A stretch of DNA of 64,000 nt from a virus (IMGVR_UViG_2571042206_000004); one strand, 5' to 3'. Shown: positions 46,477 through 55,661, counted from the first letter of the stretch. Made by a program: numbers and translations. Notes: generated by a model from the sequence alone, not told the origin.

Positions 46477-46974
46477 ATGAAAGTTACAGCACACCGTATA
46501 GCGAGATCAGGATATGACGCAGTAATTATAGGATTCGATCGACCGTGCATAATATCTTTATATCTACACAACGTATCTCCTCTGTGCGGTCCAAGTCACA
46601 AGAATGACGAGGGTGTTTTTCGCTATAGCTCTCACTCTAAAGAAGATGCGGATAATAAAAACCTATCAGCTAAAAACTATACGTATGTCGACGGTTTGAC
46701 AATTAAGGACTTCTACGAATACTTCAGCACAATGGATTTATCACATCTTAATCACGAACAACACAAAGCGCTATATGCAGCAGTTGCAGAGATTAACGAC
46801 ATTACAGACTACTGCGCACATGTAATTGACCTCATAGATGAAGAAGATGACGAAGAAATCCAACATTATCGAAGTGAGCTAAAGCGCACTGATAGCATGA
46901 TAGTGGACCTAGAAAATTGTGTAATAGAATTTTCTGATGGAAGCAAAGCAACATACGACGACTTGCACAATTAA
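46477..46974 (+). CDS. hypothetical early-cassette protein 3 (acidic C-terminal region)
   Basis: ATG directly after the leader hairpin. DLIDEEDDEE acidic patch. CCGCTC terminator follows. Confidence 0.5.
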   Translation: MKVTAHRIARSGYDAVIIGFDRPCIISLYLHNVSPLCGPSHKNDEGVFRYSSHSKEDADNKNLSAKNYTYVDGLTIKDFYEYFSTMDLSHLNHEQHKALYAAVAEINDITDYCAHVIDLIDEEDDEEIQHYRSELKRTDSMIVDLENCVIEFSDGSKATYDDLHN

Positions 46975-47061
46975 GCTGACACATTGATTAAGTGAACGCG
47001 GTTGAGCTTAATTGACCGCCTTCATGCTGTGTAGAACAGCGCTGATGCTCACTCAACATGG

Positions 47062-47088
47062 ACATGACTGCACCGCTCTAACTTGAGC
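47062..47088 (+). terminator. intrinsic terminator (CCGCTC family)
   Basis: ACCGCTC-TAACTT-GAGCGGT followed by TTTTTTATT. Confidence 0.7.
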
Positions 47089-47398
47089 GGTTTTTTATTA
47101 TCGTACGCAACATGCCTAGGACAATCCAAAGCAGATCCACGCCCCATCCAAGAGTGAAAAACGGCGTTGCCTCGGCTGAACTATAGAATTTTCCTAAAAC
47201 ACCCGCACGCTCGCATAAGGAGCTGCCACTCGCCTCAGTGCCGCCGTGGAAGAGCCACACGGCAATCCAATTTTTGATAGGAATTGCCTCGGACGTGATC
47301 ACCCAAAAATCGCGCCAACCCTTGTGCCATAAGGTTTTCATTGATTTTGACTCTAATTTCGTTTTTATTTTTAACGAGTGATTATTTTGCGTTCAAAA

Positions 47399-47417
47399 TT
47401 AACTTGCAACAAGTCAA
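47399..47417. promoter_or_regulatory. operator-like palindrome copy 1 (TTAACTTGCAACAAGTCAA)
   Basis: Imperfect copy of the 19-bp palindrome, ~80 nt upstream of the ORF starting at 47497. Confidence 0.45.
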
Positions 47418-47496
47418 TTTAGGTGCAATTATTCACTCAGTCGGTTAGCTCGAAACAAACCGACAAACACAACTTAACTAAATAGAAGGTTTTATC

Positions 47497-47823
47497 ATGA
47501 CAACTCAAATTATGCGTAAAAATGCTATAGCTAAACTTGCTAATGAATTAAACAATGATAGTGAATTGCTTAATAGTGTATTAGAAGGTAAACGCGCATA
47601 CATGCATTTAATACAGCAACGCGCAATAGTTCACGCTGATAAGTGCATAGAGAGACAAAACAAGCGCATTGAATACTTAACAGCTATCACTAAGCACAAA
47701 AAAGTTTTAAAGGTATCTAAAAGCGCATTTATGAATGATTTTATTAATAGATACATGCTTAACTTTATGCAGTACCGTAGCATTGCGTTAAACGTGCATA
47801 ACATACGCTTAACAGTGATTTAA
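47497..47823 (+). CDS. hypothetical basic protein
   Basis: 108-aa ORF downstream of operator palindrome 1. Confidence 0.45.
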   Translation: MTTQIMRKNAIAKLANELNNDSELLNSVLEGKRAYMHLIQQRAIVHADKCIERQNKRIEYLTAITKHKKVLKVSKSAFMNDFINRYMLNFMQYRSIALNVHNIRLTVI

Positions 47824-47948
47824 GCACTATAGTCGATAGATCATACCATTTTGAATAAAACGCTCTAAAAAGGGCGTTTTATTGCATTTTAAAGCATGTT
47901 TATTTGTTTGATCAAAATTTAAACAAATAAACAAATTATTTTTAATAA

Positions 47949-47967
47949 TTGACTTGTAACAAGTCAA
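47949..47967. promoter_or_regulatory. operator-like perfect palindrome copy 2 (TTGACTTGT-A-ACAAGTCAA) with TGnTAATAT-like -10 just downstream
   Basis: Perfect 9+1+9 inverted repeat containing TTGACT. TTTTGTGCTAATAT follows. Confidence 0.5.
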
Positions 47968-48057
47968 TTTTGTGCTAATATGTACTCATACCGAAACAAC
48001 TTACTCGAAAAAGTTAGACGGTATCTAAAACAACTTAACCGATGTGAGATTTTTACT

Positions 48058-48759
48058 ATGAATACTAAAGCAAACCTTGATCTTTTAGCTGCTGAAACAA
48101 CTATAGAAAACGCTGCTACTGCTAAAAAAGAAGTTAAAACAAACTTCAAAGCACGCGCTAAGAACATACAAAAGACTATTCTTGCGAACCTTGAGATACG
48201 CAAGGTGCATCAACCGTTATCACGCGACATAGTAAGTGAAATTAACTTTTTCTCTACTGATGCAGGTTTAGCAACTATAGAGCAATGTTTAATTAAAGGT
48301 ATCGAGCTAAAAGCATTCGCTGACATTATCGGTAATTACAGTGAAGATATAAAAGGTAAAGACGGTTATTTAGCAAGCAAAGCAATTGTTAAGTGTCGCA
48401 AGCTCATGCAAGCAATTGCACAAAACAACTGCATGAAGATTGACCCGTACACACGTTCTATTTTGCGTAATTTAATCGAGTTTAAACAATTACGTCATTT
48501 TGAGCTTGAACGTTGCTTGTGTGCTGCTATAGAGAACAAAGACGGGTTAGAGAACGTTAAACGCGTTAGACAGTATCATAGTACGGGCATGAATACCGCA
48601 CCGACTCAAACATGTTCAACTAAAGCAATGTTACAAATGTTCAATATATGCGACCTTGTGAAAGGTGAAAAACACGGTATGGTCAGCTTTACAAGTGAAG
48701 ACGTGACCGCGTTAATAGTCGAAATGTTTAAAACATTCACTATCGAGAAAAAACGCTAA
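48058..48759 (+). CDS. hypothetical protein
   Basis: Track ORF from 47980 would begin inside the operator; ATG 48058 (MNTKANL) preferred. Confidence 0.45.
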   Translation: MNTKANLDLLAAETTIENAATAKKEVKTNFKARAKNIQKTILANLEIRKVHQPLSRDIVSEINFFSTDAGLATIEQCLIKGIELKAFADIIGNYSEDIKGKDGYLASKAIVKCRKLMQAIAQNNCMKIDPYTRSILRNLIEFKQLRHFELERCLCAAIENKDGLENVKRVRQYHSTGMNTAPTQTCSTKAMLQMFNICDLVKGEKHGMVSFTSEDVTALIVEMFKTFTIEKKR

Positions 48760-48765
48760 TTTAAA

Positions 48766-48784
48766 AGTCAGTCACTACTGACTG
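48766..48784. repeat. palindromic motif copy (class II)
   Basis: Read directly from the sequence. Confidence 0.75.
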
Positions 48785-48818
48785 CATAAGCGGTCAGTAG
48801 CTTGTAAGGTGCGATGCT

Positions 48819-49016
48819 ATGAAAACATTAATAATTATTATCATAAATGTGTTCGTTTTAATCATGCTTGCTGTAATGGTGTTTTATACAGTTAGCGGTG
48901 AAGTGTCATTGAGTTTTGCAAAGCTGTATTTTGCTATGACGTTTATATTTTATGTGTGTCTCGCGCTCTTATGCACATATATCGAACATACAAACAAGCG
49001 CATAGTTTTAAATTGA
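48819..49016 (+). CDS. small hydrophobic membrane protein
   Basis: Two TM segments in 65 aa. Confidence 0.4.
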   Translation: MKTLIIIIINVFVLIMLAVMVFYTVSGEVSLSFAKLYFAMTFIFYVCLALLCTYIEHTNKRIVLN

Positions 49017-49252
49017 CAGAGAGTAGCGAAGTCCTAGAGATTTCGCTCAACCCCGGATGCATAGCCTTCCTAAATCTCCGACCTCCTATAACGTCCTTAT
49101 ATTTTCAGGACTGGCTGCCGGAGAATGAGTCCTTATACTTCCACATCCTTGTCGGAAAGCCTGATTCCCGCATACTCAATATCGTTATTCAGAATTTTTA
49201 CGCGCTTCAATTGTAGGAGTCCACACCATCATATTTTTTACCTTATAAAGTA

Positions 49253-49531
49253 TTAAGAATCTTCTGTTTTCTTTTTTGGCCGCCCACCAGCTCTCGCATG
49301 AATTTTTGGTGGTTTGGCTTCAGCGAATTTAGCACAAGCCTCTTCAACTACATAGCTCATGCGATCATCTTCAAGAAAACCTGCCAAAACCGAGACAATA
49401 TCGCCTTGCGTAAGGGTAGGGTACTTCTCAGCGAAACGAGCAATAATCTCTGAGGCTTCTTGCGTCACAGTGAATGGCTTACGTACCAAACCCTTTTCGT
49501 CATAGAACTTCTTTGAATCAAACGATGGCAT
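49253..49531 (-). CDS. hypothetical protein
   Basis: 92-aa ORF downstream of the helicase on the minus strand. Confidence 0.4.
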   Translation of the reverse strand: MPSFDSKKFYDEKGLVRKPFTVTQEASEIIARFAEKYPTLTQGDIVSVLAGFLEDDRMSYVVEEACAKFAEAKPPKIHARAGGRPKKKTEDS

Positions 49532-49623
49532 AACTTTCTCTAAAAACTGTCTTGTCGCAAGTAATTATATACATAAACCTTTGTCACAAAAAGAATTGCC
49601 ACTCATTAAAGTGGCAACCTTTC

Positions 49624-51339
49624 TTATGCAGACAATCTGGTGAAGCCTAATTGTTCAAAATTGAAATCATTAACAATGTTCTCTCCGAAACCTTTAGTAT
49701 GCAAAACAATCTCGCGTCGCTGCGTAGCATGTTTTTTGGTATGTGTATTCCAATGGTCTGTAAAGTCGACAATGAACGCCACATTTGGACCAATCTTCTT
49801 CGCACGCAAACCGCGACCAATACGTTGACGCAATGCAATTTCAGCCTTACCGCCGCCCGCAAGAATAATCATACCCACAGCTGGAACGTCTACTCCCACA
49901 TCCAAAATGGTTGTACCAATTAGCGCATCAACCGAACCACTGGCAAGCTTGTTCAACGCTAGTTTGCGCTCAGCTTGATTGTTTTCACCCTTAATGAACT
50001 CAGCACGTAAACCATATTGCGTTAAAAGCTCGTTTAAATGCTCGCCATGCGATGTATGTTGCACAAGAATCATCGACGTCAAACCGTAAGCTTTGGCTCG
50101 AATAATCTCACTCACAATAGCTAAATTGCGTTCTTCATTTTCTGTGACACCCAATCTATATGCCGATTGCCAACCAGTAGTGCGGAGAAGGTGATCTGGC
50201 TTTTTGCGAAGCTCAATATATTTGAAGTAAGGCTTAGCAAGTACACCGCGCTGAATTAGCATTTCCTCAGTGACTTTGATTGCGATCGGGCCAGAGCATG
50301 CCATTAGACGCATGTTCGACTCTTCGCTCTCACGCATAAACGGCGTACCGGTTAATGCCAAGCGGTAATGAGCATTCTTACAATAGCGCAAGATTTCGTA
50401 GTAAGAATTACCTGAAGCTTCATGCGCCTCTTCCAAAATTACGAACTCGAACATGGAAAGAAGCTTGATGGTTTTTTGACGCTCGATATTCTTTTCGTCA
50501 AATTTGGCTTTGGCCTTATTGGCCATGTCTTGATTGTTGGCCTTCAACCATGCCTGCTGTTTAGAAATCAGATCATTTGTAGCAGCTGTAATTTCAGCTG
50601 TACTTTTCTTGGCTTTCGCTAACTTGCCCTTCAATGCCACAATTTCTTTTTTGAACTTCTCCTGCACGGCATTGAACAGAACATTGAACTCTTCCTGAAT
50701 TGTGGTGACTTCCAACTTGCTCATGAATGTCTGTACTGTGCCAACCGACATCATTTTGATAGTCGTCTGACCTTGAGCGTTCACGTTGCCAAATTGCCCA
50801 TCACCAAAGACAGAACATGGAATGCCCATATCTTTCTCAAACGCATCCTTCATTTGATACATCAGGATTGAGCGCGTGGTGAGAAAGAGGGTAGGGCGAG
50901 CAATACGAGCGAAACAAAGACGGGCAATACGTGACTTACCGCCACCTGTAGCAATCTGAGCAATGATTTGGCCATGTTTTACCAACCTGTCCATAACCTC
51001 TGGTTGGTAATCATATTTAGAGTCATAACCAAAAGCGTCTACCTGTGGGCGCTCAGGGCCTAAAGGGGCAGGGAAGGGCTTGCGAACAATATTGACCTTG
51101 TACCCCTCACGGCGAAGATTGGCAGCGACGAAATGAAGAAAGCCGGCAGGGAAGGAGCAATTTTTATACACAAAGAAGGACGAACGGCCATCCCACTTAT
51201 GCTGTTTAAAAACAGCCATTGTTTCAGCGCCGTCAACTTGGTACGAAAGCGCCTTTTGAACGATTAGTTTTACTTTTGTGCTGGGCTGACTCAGCACGGC
51301 ATTTACCGCGTCGGCGGCAATCGTAACTACCTCTGACAT
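49624..51339 (-). CDS. SF2 DEAD/DEAH-box helicase (UvsW-like candidate)
   Basis: Walker A ATGGGKSRIA and DExH FVILEEAHEA. C-terminal helicase-C-like region (…ILAGGGKAEIALRQRIGRGLR). Confidence 0.7.
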   Translation of the reverse strand: MSEVVTIAADAVNAVLSQPSTKVKLIVQKALSYQVDGAETMAVFKQHKWDGRSSFFVYKNCSFPAGFLHFVAANLRREGYKVNIVRKPFPAPLGPERPQVDAFGYDSKYDYQPEVMDRLVKHGQIIAQIATGGGKSRIARLCFARIARPTLFLTTRSILMYQMKDAFEKDMGIPCSVFGDGQFGNVNAQGQTTIKMMSVGTVQTFMSKLEVTTIQEEFNVLFNAVQEKFKKEIVALKGKLAKAKKSTAEITAATNDLISKQQAWLKANNQDMANKAKAKFDEKNIERQKTIKLLSMFEFVILEEAHEASGNSYYEILRYCKNAHYRLALTGTPFMRESEESNMRLMACSGPIAIKVTEEMLIQRGVLAKPYFKYIELRKKPDHLLRTTGWQSAYRLGVTENEERNLAIVSEIIRAKAYGLTSMILVQHTSHGEHLNELLTQYGLRAEFIKGENNQAERKLALNKLASGSVDALIGTTILDVGVDVPAVGMIILAGGGKAEIALRQRIGRGLRAKKIGPNVAFIVDFTDHWNTHTKKHATQRREIVLHTKGFGENIVNDFNFEQLGFTRLSA

Positions 51340-51382
51340 ATTTATTCCTTTTGCAAAAGACTTATATTTATGGCAAAGTATA

Positions 51383-51400
51383 AGTCAGTACTGACTGATC
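51383..51400. repeat. palindromic motif copy (class I) in the divergent region between the helicase (-) and ParB-like (+) genes
   Basis: Read directly from the sequence. Confidence 0.75.
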
Positions 51401-51411
51401 TTCTAGTAATT

Positions 51412-52050
51412 ATGACACACGAACTCATATGGGTTGACCCTGCACAGTTGCAGCCTAACCCGTGGAACTCAAACATCGTGTCGCCAGAAAATGAAGCTAA
51501 GTTAAAGGCATCCATCGAGCGTCGTGGGATGTTCAAGCCAATTGTTGTGCGTCAACTCGACAATGGCACTCTCCAAATTATCGGAGGGGAACATCGCGCT
51601 CTAGTCGCAAAACAAATGAAAGTGGACAAGGTGCCCGCTTTCAATCTTGGAAAAATCAGCGACGTTGAAGCAAAAGAAATTGGACTGCTCGATAACGGGC
51701 GGTACGGTTCTGACGACGCACTAAAATTGGCAGAAATCTTTGCGGACATTGGTACTCCCGAAGACCTCGCTACGTTCATGCCTTTCACTTCTTCTGACAT
51801 CGACACGATTTTCTCTAATTCAACTATAGCCCTAGATGCTCTAGCTGATCTCAATTTGCCAGAAGAAGACATTGAATTGCCTTCAGGAAAGGCGGTTCAA
51901 ACACACCAAATCATGCGTTTCAAAGTCCCTGTGGAGCAAGTGGACAAAGTAGTTGATCGCATTCAGGCCGTTATTAAGTCACAAGGATATGACGATGACG
52001 ACCCAATGATTAACGCAGGGGACGCTTTAGCCCACATCGTACTCAAGTAA
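51412..52050 (+). CDS. ParB N-terminal-domain (ParB/Srx fold) protein 1
   Basis: NPWNSN…KLKASIERRGMFKPIVVRQ…IIGGEHRALVAK…VPAF. The track start at 51370 would place the palindromic motif inside the ORF, so ATG 51412 is preferred. Confidence 0.55.
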   Translation: MTHELIWVDPAQLQPNPWNSNIVSPENEAKLKASIERRGMFKPIVVRQLDNGTLQIIGGEHRALVAKQMKVDKVPAFNLGKISDVEAKEIGLLDNGRYGSDDALKLAEIFADIGTPEDLATFMPFTSSDIDTIFSNSTIALDALADLNLPEEDIELPSGKAVQTHQIMRFKVPVEQVDKVVDRIQAVIKSQGYDDDDPMINAGDALAHIVLK

Positions 52051-52061
52051 GGACACTGAGA

Positions 52062-52583
52062 ATGAACGAACAAGAAATTGAACAGCGTTTGCAGGAGTTG
52101 CAACGTACCGCGCCGCGCCTATCACCAGAGCAAATCGACGAAAAGATTGTTAAAAAAGCCTTTCATGTATTAGGGGGCAAGCTAACAATTTGTGTTTTGA
52201 CGCTAAAAAATGGCTTTGAAATCGTTGGTGAGTCTGCGTGTGCGCATCCAGATAATTTCGTCCAAGAATTAGGCGAACAGGCGGCTTTTGAAAATGCCCG
52301 TCGTCAAATTTGGAAGTTAGAAGGTTACTTACTTTGCCAAAAACTCTATGAACAAGCTTTAGAGGACGGCAAAACATTCTTGGATCGCCTTTATGAAGAA
52401 TTAGCTCAACAAGTAGAGCGTCGCGATAAACTTCACGCCTTTATGTTGAAAGGTAAGCCTGATGATGTGACTGAAGTTGAGTGGTTCCAAATGGCAGACC
52501 AACTTGATGTACTGGCAGATTACGTAGACATCCTCGAAACGCGCATTGCCATTCACACCAAGTCCGACGAAGAAGAGGAATAA
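52062..52583 (+). CDS. hypothetical protein
   Basis: 173-aa ORF between the two ParB-like genes. Confidence 0.45.
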   Translation: MNEQEIEQRLQELQRTAPRLSPEQIDEKIVKKAFHVLGGKLTICVLTLKNGFEIVGESACAHPDNFVQELGEQAAFENARRQIWKLEGYLLCQKLYEQALEDGKTFLDRLYEELAQQVERRDKLHAFMLKGKPDDVTEVEWFQMADQLDVLADYVDILETRIAIHTKSDEEEE

Positions 52584-52590
52584 GCACTCT

Positions 52591-53232
52591 ATGGAATTAA
52601 TTATTCAACAATGGAATGTTGATGAAGTTAAGCCATACGAACTGAATGCAAAAATCCACGACAAAGCACAAGTTGAACGAATCGCTCAGTCAATTAAAGA
52701 ATTTGGTTGGGATCAACCTATTGTCGTGGACAAGGAAGGCGTAATTATCAAGGGGCATGGTCGTCGCGAGGCGGCTTTGCTTCTTGGCTTGAAAGTTGTT
52801 CCAGTTCTAGTTCGATCTGACCTTGATGAACATCAAGTTCGCGCGGCACGCTTGGCCGACAACCGCGTTGCCATTGGTGACATCGACACTGACCTTCTCC
52901 AAAAAGAACTTCAGACCCTTAACTTTGATTTGGAAGGCATTTTCGACAAAAAGGAACTCAACTTCGTAGTTGCCGACCTGTCGGGAATGAATGTGGATTC
53001 AATTGTTTTGGATCTCGACAGTGAAATCGCCAAACAAACAGAAGAAACCATCAAAAAGATCGAAGAAACGGACGCGCGAGCTGTTCGGATCGATAAGGCT
53101 TTGGGCTTCAAAGAGATCAAAGGCAAGGATGAACGATTTGTCGCTCAGTTTATGGCTGTGGCAGAAGGCGAAACAGGCCTAGAAGGGGCGGATGCATTCA
53201 TTGAGTACATCAAAAATCAGGTGGCACAGTGA
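52591..53232 (+). CDS. ParB N-terminal-domain protein 2 (paralog)
   Basis: IAQSIKEFGWDQPIVVDKEGVIIKGHGRREAALLLGLKVVPV aligns with protein 1 and the ParB GERRxRA region. Confidence 0.55.
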   Translation: MELIIQQWNVDEVKPYELNAKIHDKAQVERIAQSIKEFGWDQPIVVDKEGVIIKGHGRREAALLLGLKVVPVLVRSDLDEHQVRAARLADNRVAIGDIDTDLLQKELQTLNFDLEGIFDKKELNFVVADLSGMNVDSIVLDLDSEIAKQTEETIKKIEETDARAVRIDKALGFKEIKGKDERFVAQFMAVAEGETGLEGADAFIEYIKNQVAQ

Positions 53233-53885
53233 CCGTATACAGAATAGACAAAAAATTTGACACGGAAGTGAATCGAAGTGAACGCGTTCTGGAAGTCGCT
53301 GAAGCGTTTGGTCTTGGCCTTGATGATAAAACCTTTGTTGTCTTTGATAATTTGGATCTGCCAATTGATCAAGGCGACATTGTTTACATTACAGGTCAAT
53401 CAGGTAGTGGCAAGTCCACTATTTTACGCGAACTATCAAAAGCTATGTCAGCTGACGGCCTTTCTGTGTCAGATATTAATGCTATTGAGTTTGAAGATAA
53501 GCCTTTGATTGACCAGATCGGTAAGGATCTGAACGAGGCATTAAATCTTCTATCAATTGCCGGGTTAAACGACGCCTATTTGTTTATCCGCAAACCAAAT
53601 GAGCTGTCTGACGGTCAAAGATACCGTTTTTGCTTAGCCAAACTCATTGAATCCAAAGCCAAAGTATGGGTTGCAGATGAATTTTTAGCTGTTCTCGACC
53701 GAACTACAGCAAAAGTTATCGCTTACAACCTTCAGAAAATCGCTCGAAAAGTCGGGGCCACCGTTTTAGTGGCGACTACTCACGACGATATGGTGGAAGA
53801 CCTAGCGCCGAATGTCACGATCGTCAAAAAATACCGTGAAAAGGTCGTAATCCACCGAAATGATGAATACAAATCAACGATTTAA
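53229..53885 (+). CDS. stand-alone ABC-type ATPase
   Basis: Walker A GQSGSGKST, signature-like LSDGQRYRF, Walker B VWVADEF, H-loop ATTHD. Confidence 0.55.
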   Translation: MTVYRIDKKFDTEVNRSERVLEVAEAFGLGLDDKTFVVFDNLDLPIDQGDIVYITGQSGSGKSTILRELSKAMSADGLSVSDINAIEFEDKPLIDQIGKDLNEALNLLSIAGLNDAYLFIRKPNELSDGQRYRFCLAKLIESKAKVWVADEFLAVLDRTTAKVIAYNLQKIARKVGATVLVATTHDDMVEDLAPNVTIVKKYREKVVIHRNDEYKSTI

Positions 53886-53895
53886 GGAGAAATCG

Positions 53896-54249
53896 ATGCC
53901 ACCACGCACAACTAAAACAGCAACGGCTGTGACAACTGAAGAACAAATTCAAGTTCAAGACACTGCCGAAGCTGCAGAAACAACAGCGCCTAAACGCTAC
54001 ATCAAAGTTTTCACAAGCCCAACATGCGGGCCGTGTAAACGATACAAGCCGCTCTTGTTAGAAGAGGCAGAGAAGCGCGGCGTTGAAGTGATTCAGGTGG
54101 AACTGTCAGATGAAACCAAAGACCAGTTCATGGAATTGGGTATTCGACAGGTGCCGGTCACGATTGTTTTTGAAGCCGACAAGGAAGTGTCGCGATTGAT
54201 GGGCGCTCCAGCAAACATCATTCCCCAAATGGACAGCTGGGGCTTCTAA
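53896..54249 (+). CDS. thioredoxin
   Basis: CGPC active site (FTSPTCGPCKRYKP). AAGGAG RBS before ATG 53896. Confidence 0.65.
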   Translation: MPPRTTKTATAVTTEEQIQVQDTAEAAETTAPKRYIKVFTSPTCGPCKRYKPLLLEEAEKRGVEVIQVELSDETKDQFMELGIRQVPVTIVFEADKEVSRLMGAPANIIPQMDSWGF

Positions 54250-54292
54250 AAACGGTGGCCCAGACGGGCCACTTTCTTTTCAGGGATGAAAT

Positions 54293-55243
54293 ATGCAAGA
54301 AATTCTGATGGACAATCAGGATGCCCTCATTGTTCGAAAACCGATTCCAACTAACCACCTTCTTTCACTGCTTAATGAAATCTACATTGAGCCTGGTACA
54401 AAGGAGGATTGGGAGCTTCTGCATGAACTCCACTACAAGGCGGACACTTTAGGCATCGGGCCGCGTTATTGGCGTGTTGTTTTGCATGGCCAAACTATCG
54501 GCGTCGGCGTTATGACGGTTCCAAAAATGCTGCTATCAGGCAGAAATGAACTGTTTGAACATTTGCGCCCCAATACCAACGGTAAAGATTCACGTTTGAT
54601 CAATCGACACCGCGCCCTATGGTTAAATAACAACGCCTGCACAAACTCGCGACTGGTTTTAGACACCATGTATCGCGGCGCTGGGATTGCTTATCGTGCG
54701 CAAAATTTAATGATGCGTATGAGTGGTTGTTTGTTAATTGAGTTTCAAAGCTCGATGTCAAAATTCAACCCATTTGCCGCTAAAGCCGGCATTCAGTTCG
54801 CCCCACCAAAACGAGCCACCAATTATGAACGCGGATTACAATTTTTCCGTCGTTGGTTCGAGTCGATTCCGACTGATTTTGTTGGCGTAATGCAGGAAAT
54901 CGAAAAAATGCCCGCGCCAGTTCGGGAAAAATGCGTGGCCGAAATGCGTAAGTTTTACTATTCCTTTAGTTCGATGGAGAAATCAGGAGACAACCGCATG
55001 AATGGAACGAAGCGAGTCGACTCACTCTCGATTGAAAAGCTCTTAAAAAACACGCAACAGCTAGTGTTTGCTTCGCCGTTATACGGCGTGTACGTAAACC
55101 CCGACGTTAAAGCGGCAAAAGAAGCGGGAACCAAACCAAAACTTCCAATCCGTCTGCCTTTGATGGCGTTTGAAAACCAGTTACCTAACGAGCCGTTAAA
55201 TCTCAACGCAATAAGCGAAAAGGACATTGCTTATGACAGTTAA
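54293..55243 (+). CDS. hypothetical protein, possible GNAT-like acetyltransferase core
   Basis: VLDTMYRGAGIAYRA resembles GNAT motif A (R/Q-x-x-G-x-G/A). Otherwise unassigned. Confidence 0.3.
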   Translation: MQEILMDNQDALIVRKPIPTNHLLSLLNEIYIEPGTKEDWELLHELHYKADTLGIGPRYWRVVLHGQTIGVGVMTVPKMLLSGRNELFEHLRPNTNGKDSRLINRHRALWLNNNACTNSRLVLDTMYRGAGIAYRAQNLMMRMSGCLLIEFQSSMSKFNPFAAKAGIQFAPPKRATNYERGLQFFRRWFESIPTDFVGVMQEIEKMPAPVREKCVAEMRKFYYSFSSMEKSGDNRMNGTKRVDSLSIEKLLKNTQQLVFASPLYGVYVNPDVKAAKEAGTKPKLPIRLPLMAFENQLPNEPLNLNAISEKDIAYDS

Positions 55244-55559
55244 TTTGACGCCGAAGCAAGTTGAAATTCTCTTGCTGGTATTTAAAAAGAATACCGACGG
55301 CACTCACTTAGACCTAGATCAACTTCTCAATGAGCTAAGCTACAAGCCGACGAAACAGGCATTGCAGTTTTCCATACGGTCGCTCATCAAAAACCATAAG
55401 TACATCACCAAAGGCAGTGAAAAACGCCGTGGCCGTAGACATGTCACATACATTGCTACACCAACAGGTGAATATATGGCGCAACAGTACATGCCTAAGC
55501 CGAGCGGTTCTACTGGATTAAAAACCGCACTGGTCGAAGATGACTCAACCGCAATTTAA
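55227..55559 (+). CDS. hypothetical protein
   Basis: 110-aa ORF overlapping the upstream stop. Confidence 0.4.
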   Translation: MLMTVNLTPKQVEILLLVFKKNTDGTHLDLDQLLNELSYKPTKQALQFSIRSLIKNHKYITKGSEKRRGRRHVTYIATPTGEYMAQQYMPKPSGSTGLKTALVEDDSTAI

Positions 55560-55603
55560 TTGGGTGACTTGGGTGTTCCTACGCTCATCATTATATTAAT
55601 ATA

Positions 55604-55626
55604 TTCAGTCATTAGTTACTGACTAA
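55604..55626. repeat. variant copy with expanded centre (TCAGTCATTAGTTACTGACT)
   Basis: Read directly from the sequence. Confidence 0.55.
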
Positions 55627-55661
55627 GTAATAATTGATAGCGGTTAAGAATAGGATTCCCA

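Noticed and set aside
47078-47341. Minus-strand 87-aa ORF (MKTLWHKGW…)
   Set aside because: Its 3' end overlaps the + strand CCGCTC terminator and it lies in a GC-rich repeat-containing spacer with no upstream RBS. Retained only as a weak possibility.
51370-51411. Upstream start (MAKYKSVLTDLLVI) for the ParB-like gene
   Set aside because: It would place a copy of the intergenic palindromic motif inside the coding region (encoding KSVLTD). Every other copy is intergenic, so ATG 51412 is preferred.
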